NCBI GenBank assembly: GCA_963734735.1
Contig: CAVTIE010000003.1
Coordinates: 42,650 to 106,649 of the forward strand
DNA length: 64,000 bases
Direction of reading: 5' to 3'
Origin: an uncultured Gammaproteobacteria bacterium
GTDB lineage: Bacteria; Pseudomonadota; Gammaproteobacteria; Steroidobacterales; Steroidobacteraceae
Shown here: piece after piece, positions 36,684 through 46,068 of the stretch
Layout: each line of letters opens with the position of its first letter
Position numbering within the stretch: the first letter of the stretch is position 1
Position numbers and translations under genes: made by a program
Notes under the pieces: model-generated
What the model was told of the DNA's origin: nothing
Databases searched by the model: none
The model's input: only the letters and a program-made list of their open reading frames with translations

Positions 36684-37439
36684 TCAGTGATGCCAGACCA
36701 GGCTGGCGGCGGAAGCATTGTCGCTGTGCGGCGTCGAGGCCGCTATCGCGCGTTCGACCAGCTTTTCGAGCGCCGATCCGCAGCTTCCGTTCGACTTGCC
36801 GTTCCCGGGACGCAGGAGGCCGGCGATTTCCGCGTCCTTGAGGTTCGCCCAGACCCCGTCGGTGCAGACCAGGAGCACGTCCCCGTCCTCCAGCGGCTGG
36901 CGCCGGGAGATCGTCATTTCGGGCAGCGCCGCCTCGCCCCCGATGCAGCATTCGACGTAATTGCGCATCGGGTGGCCGGGGATCTCGTCCTCGCTGATCG
37001 AGCCATCGCGGAGCAGCTGCTCGACGTGGCTGTGGTCGCGCGTGCGCGCGACCACCGCGCCGCCCCGCAGGTGATAGACGCGGCTGTCGCCGACATGCGC
37101 CCACCAGGCCTCCTGGCGCTGGACCAGGCAGATCGCGCAGGTCGCGCGCGGGCGAAGGTCCACAGCGAGCTTGCTGCCGATCCCGACCACGGCCGCATGC
37201 GCGCGGCCGAGCGCGAGGTGCAGGAAACCGAGCGGATCGAACAGGGGCTTTGTCTCCGCGCGGAACGCCTCGAGCACGACCTTGCAGGCCGTGTCCGCCG
37301 CGCGGGCACCGTAGGCATGGCCGCCCATTCCGTCCATGACGACGAGAAGCGCCGCGCCGTCGCTCGAGGCGATCGCGGCGCGATCCTGGTTGTCCTCGCG
37401 ATCGCCGGTCAGGCTGACTTCGGCGAACTCGACTGCCAC
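36684..37439 (-). CDS. PP2C-family Ser/Thr protein phosphatase
   Basis: REDNQD...VVMDGMGGH...VGDSRVY...LLVCTDGVW metal-binding motifs. Confidence 0.85.
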   Translation of the reverse strand: MAVEFAEVSLTGDREDNQDRAAIASSDGAALLVVMDGMGGHAYGARAADTACKVVLEAFRAETKPLFDPLGFLHLALGRAHAAVVGIGSKLAVDLRPRATCAICLVQRQEAWWAHVGDSRVYHLRGGAVVARTRDHSHVEQLLRDGSISEDEIPGHPMRNYVECCIGGEAALPEMTISRRQPLEDGDVLLVCTDGVWANLKDAEIAGLLRPGNGKSNGSCGSALEKLVERAIAASTPHSDNASAASLVWHH

Positions 37440-37523
37440 GCGTCCTCCGGCGATCCGACGGCCGCCGCCCCCTGCTAAACTGCCGCAGAGCTTACATCAC
37501 CGGATCCCGGGGACGCGCATTCA

Positions 37524-38390
37524 ATGCTGAGAAGCATGACTGGCTTTGCACGCTCGGAGCGGGCAACGGCCGCCGGCCTCCTTTCCTGGGAAGTCCGCAG
37601 CGTCAACCACCGCTATCTCGAGGTCAGCCTGAGGCTGCCGGAGGACCTGCGCGCCTCCGAGGCGGAATTTCGCCGGCTCATCGGCGCCTCGGCCCGGCGC
37701 GGCAAGGTCGATGCCTCGTTCTACGTCCGCCCGGTCGCGACAGCCGGCCGTGAGGTCGCGCTCGACGAGGCCCTGCTCGACCGCCTGATCGAAAACGCGA
37801 CGGCCGTGCAACGGCGGCTCGGCGGGGCAGGACGCATCGACGCCGTCGATCTCCTGCGCTGGCCCGGGGTGATGCGCGAGGCGGAACGGGACGCGGCGCC
37901 GTTGGCGCAGGCCGCCACTGCCCTGCTGTCCGAGACGCTCGCGGCATTCACGGCCTCACGCGAGAGCGAGGGCGAGCGCATCGCGCAGATGCTCACCTCC
38001 CGCGCCGCCCAGGTGCAGGCCATCACCGACGAAGTCGCAGCGCGGCTGCCGGAAGTGCAGTCGCGGATCCGTTCGAAACTGCAGGAGCGGCTGGCGGCAC
38101 TGGGCGCCGAGGCAAATCCGGACCGCCTCGAACAGGAGATCGCGCTCCTGGTGCAGAAGATGGACGTGGCCGAGGAACTCGATCGGCTCCGCAGTCATGT
38201 CCAGGAACTGACGAGCACGCTGGCCTCGGGCGAAGCCGTCGGCCGCAAGCTCGATTTCCTGATGCAGGAATTCAATCGCGAGGCGAACACGCTGTCGTCG
38301 AAGTCGCAGGATGTCGAGACGACGCGGAAGGCGGTCGAACTCAAGGTCCTGATCGAGCAGATGAGGGAGCAGATCCAGAACGTCGAATGA
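37524..38390 (+). CDS. yicC: YicC-family stress-induced protein
   Basis: MLRSMTGFAR...SVNHRYLE...REANTLSSKS, 288 aa, divergent from the rph block. Confidence 0.85.
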   Translation: MLRSMTGFARSERATAAGLLSWEVRSVNHRYLEVSLRLPEDLRASEAEFRRLIGASARRGKVDASFYVRPVATAGREVALDEALLDRLIENATAVQRRLGGAGRIDAVDLLRWPGVMREAERDAAPLAQAATALLSETLAAFTASRESEGERIAQMLTSRAAQVQAITDEVAARLPEVQSRIRSKLQERLAALGAEANPDRLEQEIALLVQKMDVAEELDRLRSHVQELTSTLASGEAVGRKLDFLMQEFNREANTLSSKSQDVETTRKAVELKVLIEQMREQIQNVE

Positions 38391-38415
38391 CGGGGTTGCC
38401 GCGGTGTTACGCGAT

Positions 38416-39198
38416 CTAGCGCTGCACCCGTCTCCAGTTCTGCGTCGGGGTTTCCTGCTTTCTCCAGCCGTAATAAGGATGGCGGGCCAGCAGTTCGCGG
38501 TTCCGGAAAACGAAGCTCAACAGGGCGCCCGCGACGAACCCGCCGACGTGCGCCCAGAACGCGACGCCGCCACCCTGTGCACCGACTGCCACGGTTCCGC
38601 TCACGAGCTGGAGCACGAACCAGTAGCCGAGCATGAACATCGCGGGCACGGCAAACGTATTCATCGCGAACCCCAGCGGGATGAGCAGATGGACGCGCAC
38701 GCGCGGGTACATCAGGACGTAGGCTCCCATCACGCCGCCGATGGCGCCTGAAGCTCCGACCATCGGAATCATCGAGCCCGGATCGAACGCCGCCTGCAGC
38801 GCCGCGGCAGCAACGCCGCAGATCAGGTAGAACACGACGAAGCGCGCATGACCCATCGCGTCCTCGACGTTGTTGCCGAAGATCCAGAGGAACCACATGT
38901 TGCCGATGAGGTGCATCCAGCCACCGTGCAGGAACATGGAAGTCAGGACGGTGTGCCACACGCCCCCGCCACCTGTCAGCGTGCAGGCCGTGCCGCGGCC
39001 AATGGGAATATTCGCGCCGGCGGGAGCCGTTTGAAGCAGCTCTGCCGGTATGAACCCGAGGCGACAAACGGAAGTGGAAAGCGCGGGTTCCGTGCCAAAG
39101 CCCTGGACCAGGACCCAAGCCAGGAAATTGGCCGCGATCAGGCCGTACGTGGCGTATGGCGTCAGGAAATGTGGATTGTCATCCCGGATCGGAAACAT
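38416..39198 (-). CDS. Rhomboid-family intramembrane serine protease
   Basis: HGGWMHLIGNMWFLWIFG and GASGAIGGVMGAY motifs, multiple TM helices. Confidence 0.85.
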   Translation of the reverse strand: MFPIRDDNPHFLTPYATYGLIAANFLAWVLVQGFGTEPALSTSVCRLGFIPAELLQTAPAGANIPIGRGTACTLTGGGGVWHTVLTSMFLHGGWMHLIGNMWFLWIFGNNVEDAMGHARFVVFYLICGVAAAALQAAFDPGSMIPMVGASGAIGGVMGAYVLMYPRVRVHLLIPLGFAMNTFAVPAMFMLGYWFVLQLVSGTVAVGAQGGGVAFWAHVGGFVAGALLSFVFRNRELLARHPYYGWRKQETPTQNWRRVQR

Positions 39199-39375
39199 CG
39201 GCTGATTCTAGCGAAGTTACTCCCGGCTACTCAGCCCTGTCGATCGCTTTTCCTCGACAGAAAGAAGACGAGCACGGCGATCACTATGTTGACAATCGCG
39301 AGCATGCGGCCGCTGCGTTGCCGCTCCTCCCGACGAATGCTATCGTCGTTAGGCATCCCGAATTCCGGCCCTTCC

Positions 39376-40713
39376 ATGGCGCGTCGAACCCCTGCATTCC
39401 TGCGACCGGCTGTCGGGGTCACCCTCGCCTGGGTTTTCGCACTCCCATTCATGTCGGCCGCGATGTCCCAGGAATCGCCGCCGCCGACATCAGGCGCATC
39501 GGCGGATGTATCACCGGAACCGCGCCACGATGAGCTGGATCCCGCCGTCCACGACGAATTCTCGCCGAGCGGCGGCGGCACGGGCGGCCTCGACGAGCTC
39601 GCAGAGATTGCCGATCCAGATTTATCGATCACTGAAACCACCGGATTCGATTCGCCCTTCGCATTCGTCCAGGGCCGCACCGATTCGCTCAATGACCGGA
39701 TAGGGCTGCGGCTCGCGACGGCCTACACGGCCTTGGGGGCCTGGGCCACCGGGGCGGCCGACGATCCATCCGGCGCCTCGTACGACTTTGACCTCATGTC
39801 CGCCTGGACGCTCGTGGGACGCGGCACGCCCGACGCGGGCACGCTCGTCGTGACCGGCGAGTATCGCGGCGCGTTTAGCAATGACCCGGCCTCGGCGCTT
39901 GGGGCGCAGCTGGGAACGCTGATCAACCCGGTCAATGCGTTCAACGACCGCGGGTGGGTCCTGCGCGATGCTTTCTGGCAACAGCGGATTGCCGGCGACA
40001 CCGTGCGCCTCCTGATCGGGCGCGCCGCCACGGACGACTATGTCGGTCTCCAGCCGATGCAGAACACCAACGGCCTCTTCGTCAGTCGGCACTTTGCCGC
40101 CAATCCGACGGTGCCGTTCCCGGGCCACGGCCCGACGGTCGGAGTCTCGGTGCGGCCCGGCATCTACTACTTTACGGTCGGTGCTGCCAGCGCCTACGGC
40201 GACTCGACCCAATCAGGATGGGACACGATCGACGACGGCGACTATTTCTATACCGCCGAGACCGGCATCACGCCCGAGATCGAAGGCATGGGGCGTGGCC
40301 GCTACTCGGTCATGGGGTGGTATATCGACGCGCGCGATGACGGCGATGCAATTCCATCGGACCACGGAATCACCCTGGTTGCCGGCCAGTCGCTCAACGA
40401 ACGGCTGCAAGTCTGGGCCCGCTATGCCTACGCCGATGGGACGACGACCAATATCCGCCAGATATTCCAGGGCGGCATGGGTTATGCCGGAAACTTCGGC
40501 AGCTCGAGCAACATGACTGGCGCCGCGCTTTCACTGGCAGAGCCGCGCTCCAGTGCTTCCCGGGACGAATTGGCGTTCGAGGTCTTTCAACGTCTGCAGC
40601 TGTCGGAGTTCACCCAGGTCACTGCGGGGGCTCAGCTCATCTTCGACCCCGGCAACAATCCGGCCGAAGACCTGGTGGCCGTCTTCTACGCGCGGCTGCG
40701 AATCGCGTTCTGA
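39376..40713 (+). CDS. Carbohydrate-selective porin, OprB family
   Basis: Signal peptide from the ATG at 39376. C-terminus ...EVFQRLQLSEFTQVTAGAQLIFDPGNNP...FYARLRIAF is typical of OprB-type barrels. Confidence 0.65.
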   Translation: MARRTPAFLRPAVGVTLAWVFALPFMSAAMSQESPPPTSGASADVSPEPRHDELDPAVHDEFSPSGGGTGGLDELAEIADPDLSITETTGFDSPFAFVQGRTDSLNDRIGLRLATAYTALGAWATGAADDPSGASYDFDLMSAWTLVGRGTPDAGTLVVTGEYRGAFSNDPASALGAQLGTLINPVNAFNDRGWVLRDAFWQQRIAGDTVRLLIGRAATDDYVGLQPMQNTNGLFVSRHFAANPTVPFPGHGPTVGVSVRPGIYYFTVGAASAYGDSTQSGWDTIDDGDYFYTAETGITPEIEGMGRGRYSVMGWYIDARDDGDAIPSDHGITLVAGQSLNERLQVWARYAYADGTTTNIRQIFQGGMGYAGNFGSSSNMTGAALSLAEPRSSASRDELAFEVFQRLQLSEFTQVTAGAQLIFDPGNNPAEDLVAVFYARLRIAF

Positions 40714-40777
40714 ACGCCACGGCTACACATATATATGCGTAGCAGGGTGGCGGGTCAGGTCAAGGCGTACAAGGGGT

Positions 40778-40874
40778 GCCGAGCCACAGGTTCGCAGTCA
40801 TCGTTTCGCGCGCTGGAGGGGAGGAAGGCAGCGTCACGAATGTCCTGGCAATGACTGCGAACCTGTGGCCCGGC
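40778..40874. repeat. Long hairpin (24-bp arms, 1 mismatch, 49-nt loop)
   Basis: gccgagccacaggttcgcagtcat (40778-40801) pairs with atgactgcgaacctgtggcccggc (40851-40874). Confidence 0.85.
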
Positions 40875-40890
40875 ACCGTCATGCGGGCGA

Positions 40891-41076
40891 TCACGTCTCG
40901 AGCCGCGTGGCAGTGACCACGATTTCCGGCAGGACGACGACCGAGGCCGCTTCCGGCAGGTCGCGCTCGTAGACGACCTTCTGGTCGAGTGCGAGGCCAT
41001 TGCTCACGATGCCCGCGAGCGATGCCACGAGTACCGTGGCGAATCCCGTGTTCCGAACCGTCGAATAAGTGCTCAT
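40891..41076 (-). CDS. 61-aa ORF with signal-anchor and TonB-box-like end; possibly the 5' remnant of a TonB-dependent receptor
   Basis: AAGGAG 7 nt before the ATG at 41076. FATVLVASLAGIVSNGLA then VVLPEIVVTATRLET*. No receptor continuation in any frame. Confidence 0.45.
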   Translation of the reverse strand: MSTYSTVRNTGFATVLVASLAGIVSNGLALDQKVVYERDLPEAASVVVLPEIVVTATRLET

Positions 41077-41137
41077 TTCAGTGCTCCTTTGTTCCGTGCT
41101 TGATCGGTAGTCGTATGGGGTCGTTCAAAATCGACAT

Positions 41138-41356
41138 TCAGTGTCTGGTTGAAACTGTGGGCTTCCGGGACGCCCCGAACAAATGCGGTTTCTGATGCCC
41201 GGTTAAGGGAAACTTGACCACCTTGGCGGTAGCGACAACCGGCTGGAGTCCCGCGGCCGGCTCGAAACGGCGGCCCGTGGCGACTTCGGCCTGGCGGCGC
41301 TGGCCTTCCGCCAGCAGGTCCAGAAAGCTCAAGAAACCCTGCAATTTTCCGTTCAT
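41138..41356 (-). CDS. 72-aa ORF of unknown function
   Basis: AAGGAGA 6 nt before the ATG at 41356. The 3' end runs through a 40-nt repeat copy. Confidence 0.35.
   Translation of the reverse strand: MNGKLQGFLSFLDLLAEGQRRQAEVATGRRFEPAAGLQPVVATAKVVKFPLTGHQKPHLFGASRKPTVSTRH
41176..41215. repeat. 40-nt direct repeat, copy A
   Basis: cgaacaaatgcggtttctgatgcccggttaagggaaactt. 33/40 identical to copy B; the last 19 nt are identical. Confidence 0.85.
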
Positions 41357-41438
41357 TTCCGTCTCCTTGGTTCAGGCGGATCGGGCACCGCGCCCTTCCG
41401 TCCCTGTTCGGGCTAGACTTTGACGCCACGATGGCTTT

Positions 41439-41478
41439 CGAACAAACGCATTAACTCAAGCCCGGTTAAGGGAAACTT
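41439..41478. repeat. 40-nt direct repeat, copy B (abuts the LysR start codon)
   Basis: cgaacaaacgcattaactcaagcccggttaagggaaactt, immediately followed by TTG at 41479. Confidence 0.85.
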
Positions 41479-42405
41479 TTGGCTACTTCCGCCTATGGCC
41501 GACTGCCGCTCAACGCGCTTCGCGTGTTCGAGGCGGTCGCGACACGCCTCAGTTTTTCGGAAGCCGCGGAAGCGCTGAATGTGACGCCGGCCGCGGTTTC
41601 GCAGCAGATCAAGGCGCTTGAGGATTATTTGCAGTTGCCCGTGCTGCGGCGGAGCGGTCGCAAGGTGGAATTGACACCGGAGGGCGCAAGACTGCTGCCC
41701 GGCGTGCAGTCCGGCCTCGACTCACTCGTCGCGATCCTGCGCGAGACGCGCATGCAGCGGGCGAGCGGAATCATCAACGTCAGCACGCTGTCGTCCCTCA
41801 TGCAGAAATGGCTGACGCCGCGGCTGCATCGCCTGCATGCGAAATTCCCGGACCTTCGCGTCGACTGGCACACTTCGCGCGAAGCGGTCGATTTCACCCG
41901 CAGCGACTTTCACGCCGCCGTGCGCCTCGGAGAGGCCGTGCCTGCGGGCCTCGATCACGACAAGCTGATGGACGAGTGGCTGGTGGTCATCGCCTCGCCG
42001 CAGCTCTTCAAGAAGCACGGATCGATAGACGATCGCGACAGCCTGCACGGCATCCCGATGCTCCAGGCCAAGGACGAGCCCTGGGCGAAGTTCGAGAAGA
42101 ACACGGCGCCGACGCCCTGGCCTGCCGGGCCGACGATCATCGATGACTCGGTCAGCGTGCTCTCAGCCGTGATCGCGGGGCTCGGCTACGCGCCCGCGCG
42201 CTGGTCGATCGCCGCGCACGACCTCGATGCCGGCAATCTGGTGCTCGCGAGCAAGATCATCGTGCCCTCGCGCTTCCGCTACTGGTTCGTGTGCCCGCAA
42301 TCGTATTCGGACATGCCGATGGTCTGCGCGCTTCGCCAGTGGCTGCGCGACGAGGCCGCGGCATTCCCCAAGCCCGACGACTGGCTCAGTCGCCGCTACC
42401 GCTAA
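41479..42405 (+). CDS. LysR-family transcriptional regulator (GcvA-like)
   Basis: LNALRVFEAVATRLSFSEAAEALNVTPAAVSQQIKALE HTH region. TTG start as given in the ORF track. Confidence 0.85.
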   Translation: MATSAYGRLPLNALRVFEAVATRLSFSEAAEALNVTPAAVSQQIKALEDYLQLPVLRRSGRKVELTPEGARLLPGVQSGLDSLVAILRETRMQRASGIINVSTLSSLMQKWLTPRLHRLHAKFPDLRVDWHTSREAVDFTRSDFHAAVRLGEAVPAGLDHDKLMDEWLVVIASPQLFKKHGSIDDRDSLHGIPMLQAKDEPWAKFEKNTAPTPWPAGPTIIDDSVSVLSAVIAGLGYAPARWSIAAHDLDAGNLVLASKIIVPSRFRYWFVCPQSYSDMPMVCALRQWLRDEAAAFPKPDDWLSRRYR

Positions 42406-42406
42406 C

Positions 42407-42459
42407 GGTCGAAGGGAACGCTCACCTTCAATCCTTGAAGGTGAGCGTCCCCTTCGACC
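42407..42459. repeat. REP-like hairpin
   Basis: ggtcgaagggaacgctcaccttca atcc ttgaaggtgagcgtccccttcgacc. Confidence 0.85.
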
Positions 42460-43486
42460 CCGGCAACCCTTCCCGAATGCGTTCCGGGAAATCATCCCCG
42501 TCGCCGGCTGCCTGGGCGGCGGCGGTGATACGCGAGCGCCGGCGCAGCTCCTCGAATGGCAGCGACGTATCGACGACGCCCGCGGAATAGATGTACTGGT
42601 CGATCAGTCCATTGAGCAGGTGGCGGAGTCTCCAGCGCCCTTCGCGCCCGGCCGCGTTCGCATAGCGGATGATGTTGACGGTGCAGCTGTTGCTCAGCAG
42701 GTGGTAGAACTCGGCGTGGTCGGCGAGCTGGTTGATGCGCCCCACGTAGACGAGGAAGAGCCGCCGGGCGAACTCGGGCGAAATGCGGGTGTGGTAGAGG
42801 AACACTTCCTCGTCGCGGTGGCTGGCGCGGAGCCGGACGAGGTCGCGCTCCTCGCCGACGACGTAGATGAGCTCGAACTGCTTGAATAGGGATGCGATCG
42901 GGTCGAAACCCTCGCCTATCTCTGGCCGGGTCTCGATGGAGATGCTGAGCGGCGGCGCGTCGTCGAACAGGAAGCTCAGGAACGTGTGGCCGACGGGGCC
43001 TTCGGTCCAGTAGGAAATGAAAAAATCCACACCCGTGAGGCTCGACAGCGAGACCTCGCGCTCGTCGAGCCGGGCGGTGAAGTCATCGCGGCTCCGGTAG
43101 TCGAAGTTGCGCACGCCGGTGAAACGCACGCGGTCTCCTTCGATCATCGCCCTTGGCATTACCGCAACTTCGGTGCGCCATTCGCGGTCATGCGAGGGCT
43201 GGATCGTGGACCAGCCCACGAGCACGACGAGGTAGACGACCAGGAATGCGAGCAAAGTGCGCCGGCTGCGCCGGATCCAGAGGGCCCATAGCGCAAAAGC
43301 GGCAAATGCGATCGCCAGCAGCACACGCAACCACGTTCCCGGCAAGGTCGAGTAATAAATGGCAAGCGCCGCCCATGCAACGATGAGGATCTTGAGCAGA
43401 AAGGCGGCAGCCGCGAGCAACCAGCGGAACGGTTTCAGGAGCGGAGAACCACGGTGCCGGGCAGCCTGCGAGTCGTCGATTGTCAT
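42428..43486 (-). CDS. DUF4105-domain membrane protein
   Basis: Start at MTIDDSQ (43486). N-terminal TM helices. VGHTFLSF...FYHLLSNSCTVNI pattern. The last ~10 codons lie in a REP element. Confidence 0.7.
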   Translation of the reverse strand: MTIDDSQAARHRGSPLLKPFRWLLAAAAFLLKILIVAWAALAIYYSTLPGTWLRVLLAIAFAAFALWALWIRRSRRTLLAFLVVYLVVLVGWSTIQPSHDREWRTEVAVMPRAMIEGDRVRFTGVRNFDYRSRDDFTARLDEREVSLSSLTGVDFFISYWTEGPVGHTFLSFLFDDAPPLSISIETRPEIGEGFDPIASLFKQFELIYVVGEERDLVRLRASHRDEEVFLYHTRISPEFARRLFLVYVGRINQLADHAEFYHLLSNSCTVNIIRYANAAGREGRWRLRHLLNGLIDQYIYSAGVVDTSLPFEELRRRSRITAAAQAAGDGDDFPERIREGLPGSKGTLTFKD

Positions 43487-43546
43487 CGGGCAAATGGACA
43501 CCGTTCCGCGGGGCTTCAGTATAAACTTGGGCGAGCAGGGGCACGA

Positions 43547-43790
43547 ATGACGCGCACGATGCACCGGGAAATTGGCTGCGCATTCGCGGCGTTGCTCGCC
43601 GCCGCAATCGCGGGTTGCGCAGTCGGACCGGATTACGCTCCCCCCGGAAACCGACACGCCGGATTCCTGGCGCATCAACCATCCGAAAGCCGCCGAACTC
43701 GCCAATACGAAGTGGTGGGAGCAGGTCGACGCGCTCGCAACGAGGCGATGGGCAGCGGGTGTGTGCACGTCGCGAAATCGATGACCGCCT
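43547..43790 (+). pseudogene. Remnant of an RND-efflux outer-membrane factor lipoprotein (NodT family): about 75 N-terminal codons, frameshifted, then truncated
   Basis: Lipobox [16 protein letters not shown]. After a shift in the CCCCC run near 43640: ETDTPDSWR...TKWWEQV. No barrel-coding sequence follows; marC starts at 43792. Confidence 0.65.
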
Positions 43791-43791
43791 C

Positions 43792-44457
43792 ATGATGCAG
43801 CTTCTCGAGGTAGTCGGACTCGGCCTCATTACGCTGTTGCCGCTCGCCAATCCGCTGACGACGGTCGCGCTTTTCATCGGCCTCTCGGGCGACATGACGC
43901 GCACCGAGCGGCAGCGCCAGTCCCGGCTAACTGCGATATACGTATTCGTGATCCTGATGGTCGCCTACTACGGCGGCCAGGCCGTGATGGGCGCGTTCGG
44001 AATTTCGATTCCGGGTCTGCGCATCGGCGGCGGGCTGATTGTCAGCTCGATCGGATTCTCGATGCTGTTCCACAAGACTTCGCTCGACGACACTCCCGAG
44101 GTGGATGAAAAGTCCGCGGAACTGAAGCGGCGCGCCACGAAGGACATCGCCTTCGTGCCACTCGCGATGCCGACCACGGCCGGCCCCGGTACCATTGCCA
44201 TGGTAATCACCATCGCATCAAGCATCGGCTCCTATACCCGCTTCGAGCCCTGGGTACTCAGGGTCGCGCCGGTGCTTGTAGCGGTGGCGATCGGCGTAAT
44301 AGTGTGGCTTTTCCTGCACAGCGCGGACCTCGTCATGCGCTTTTTCGGCCGCAGCGGCATTGAAGCAATTTCCCGGCTGATGGGATTCCTCCTTGTCTGC
44401 ATGGGGGTGCAGTTCGCCATCAACGGCATACTCGAAATCATAAGGACTTTCGCGTGA
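43792..44457 (+). CDS. marC: MarC-family (UPF0056) integral membrane protein
   Basis: [14 protein letters not shown]...[16 protein letters not shown] motifs, 6 TM helices. Confidence 0.85.
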   Translation: MMQLLEVVGLGLITLLPLANPLTTVALFIGLSGDMTRTERQRQSRLTAIYVFVILMVAYYGGQAVMGAFGISIPGLRIGGGLIVSSIGFSMLFHKTSLDDTPEVDEKSAELKRRATKDIAFVPLAMPTTAGPGTIAMVITIASSIGSYTRFEPWVLRVAPVLVAVAIGVIVWLFLHSADLVMRFFGRSGIEAISRLMGFLLVCMGVQFAINGILEIIRTFA

Positions 44458-44582
44458 ATTCCGGAACACTCGAGATCCGGCTCTGGCTTGCCGATCCGCG
44501 AGTCCTCGCGATCGCGGCGGCGATTGCTGCCGAAGCCTGAAGCGACCTACAATCCTCGCGGCAACATTCCTCGGCCAATCCA

Positions 44583-45170
44583 ATGGATAGAACCATGAGC
44601 AAGCGGATTCAGGGAATCGCCGGCGCGCTGGTAACCGTACTCGCCACGCTCTCGAGCGCATGCACGATTTCCAGCGGACAGCAGGGCGACTCGGCGGCCC
44701 GTATCGCTTCGATGGACGCAGACATCGACCGGGCGCTTTCGCAGCTCTCCCAGCAGGCCCGCGGATCCGAGCAACTCGTGTCCTCGGCGAAAGCGGTCCT
44801 GGTGTTCCCCTCCGTGCTTTCGGCCGGGCTGGGGATCGGCGGCTCTCACGGCCTCGGCGGCCTGCGAAAGGATGGCAAGACGGTTCGTCATTACCGCATG
44901 ACAGCCGCTTCAGTAGGCCTCCTGGCCGGCGCCCGCACAAAGACGGTCGTCTATCTGTTCATGACGGAAGAGGCTTTGAGAAACTTCGAGGCAAGTTCGG
45001 GCTGGACAGTCGGCGCCGACGCGTCGGTAACGGTCATGACGGTCGGTGCCAATGCGCAGATCGATACGCAAAGCGCGCGCCAGCCGGTCATCGGCTTCGT
45101 GCTCACGAACGCCGGGCTGATGGGCAACCTCAGCATGGATGGCACTCGGATCGCGCCGACGACCTTGTGA
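44583..45170 (+). CDS. SYLF (Ysc84-like, DUF500) domain lipoprotein
   Basis: Lipobox LATLSSAC. AVLVFPSVLSAGLGIGGSHGLG...GWTVGADASV. Paralog of the gene at 6757-7332. Confidence 0.75.
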   Translation: MDRTMSKRIQGIAGALVTVLATLSSACTISSGQQGDSAARIASMDADIDRALSQLSQQARGSEQLVSSAKAVLVFPSVLSAGLGIGGSHGLGGLRKDGKTVRHYRMTAASVGLLAGARTKTVVYLFMTEEALRNFEASSGWTVGADASVTVMTVGANAQIDTQSARQPVIGFVLTNAGLMGNLSMDGTRIAPTTL

Positions 45171-45253
45171 TCGGCGGTCCAGGCTGCCTCACGATGATTG
45201 CTGTTCGTCCGGATTGATCCCCGGCGCGTGAGGCGACCCTCCGGAAGCCGGCA

Positions 45254-45944
45254 TCAGCCGGCGGGCGTCTTGCCGTTCAACTCATCCAGCGCAGCGCGGA
45301 GTGCCGTCGCCCAGGTGTTGATCGCGCGCCGCGCATCGCCGGTGTTGGTCACGCGGTTGGTCACGTTCCAGGTTCCCGATCCGCGCCCGGAGCGGGGGTC
45401 GACCGCGCGGGCCAGCAGTTCGCCGGTGATCGAGTCGCGCACTTCCAGCACCAGGGTCATCCGGCCCGAATTCGCGGTATAGGTCCGCCCGCGGCCCGCC
45501 GCCATGTTGTCCGGCGCCGTCACGTAGAGGTCAACGACGATGGCCGTGATGCGCAGCGTTTCCGGCCCGGACTTCCTGGACGATCTGGTAGCCACCGCGG
45601 CCGAGTTCCGCCGTGAACAACTCGGTCACCAGGTCGGCGACGCCGGTCCGGATCGCCTCGACGTCGCCCGCATCCAGGCGCCGCAGCGAGCTGCGGCCGC
45701 CGCGGTTCGGGTCCCAGTTGCGGGCGAAGCTCACCTCGACGGGATCCAGCTTGATGTTGGTGTAGCCGGCAAGTTCAGCGTCCGGCTTCACGAACAAGGC
45801 GCGCAGCCGTGTGTCCGGCTGGCGGACGAGGCCATCCCATTCGTCCTTCGTCTGCGATCGCGTGCTGGCGCAGCCGGCAATGAATGACGCGCCTGCAGAG
45901 CGATAGAAGAGAGTGATGTCAGGTGCCTGAGGTTCATCGCGCAT
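45254..45944 (-). CDS. DUF3313-like lipoprotein; 1-nt frame disruption near 45562-45570 as assembled
   Basis: Lipobox FIAGCAS. ...GGYQIVQEV in one frame joins PETLRITAIVVDLYVTAPD... in the next. Confidence 0.5.
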
Positions 45945-46068
45945 TCCCGATTGCCGCCTGGTTTGGCAGGCAATATAGCGGCGGTCGCCGATCCGCGTCC
46001 ACCGGGCGAGCCACTGCTTTGCCGTCGCCGCGACCCCGGCGCCGCCTGCATCACCGTACAATCGCGGC

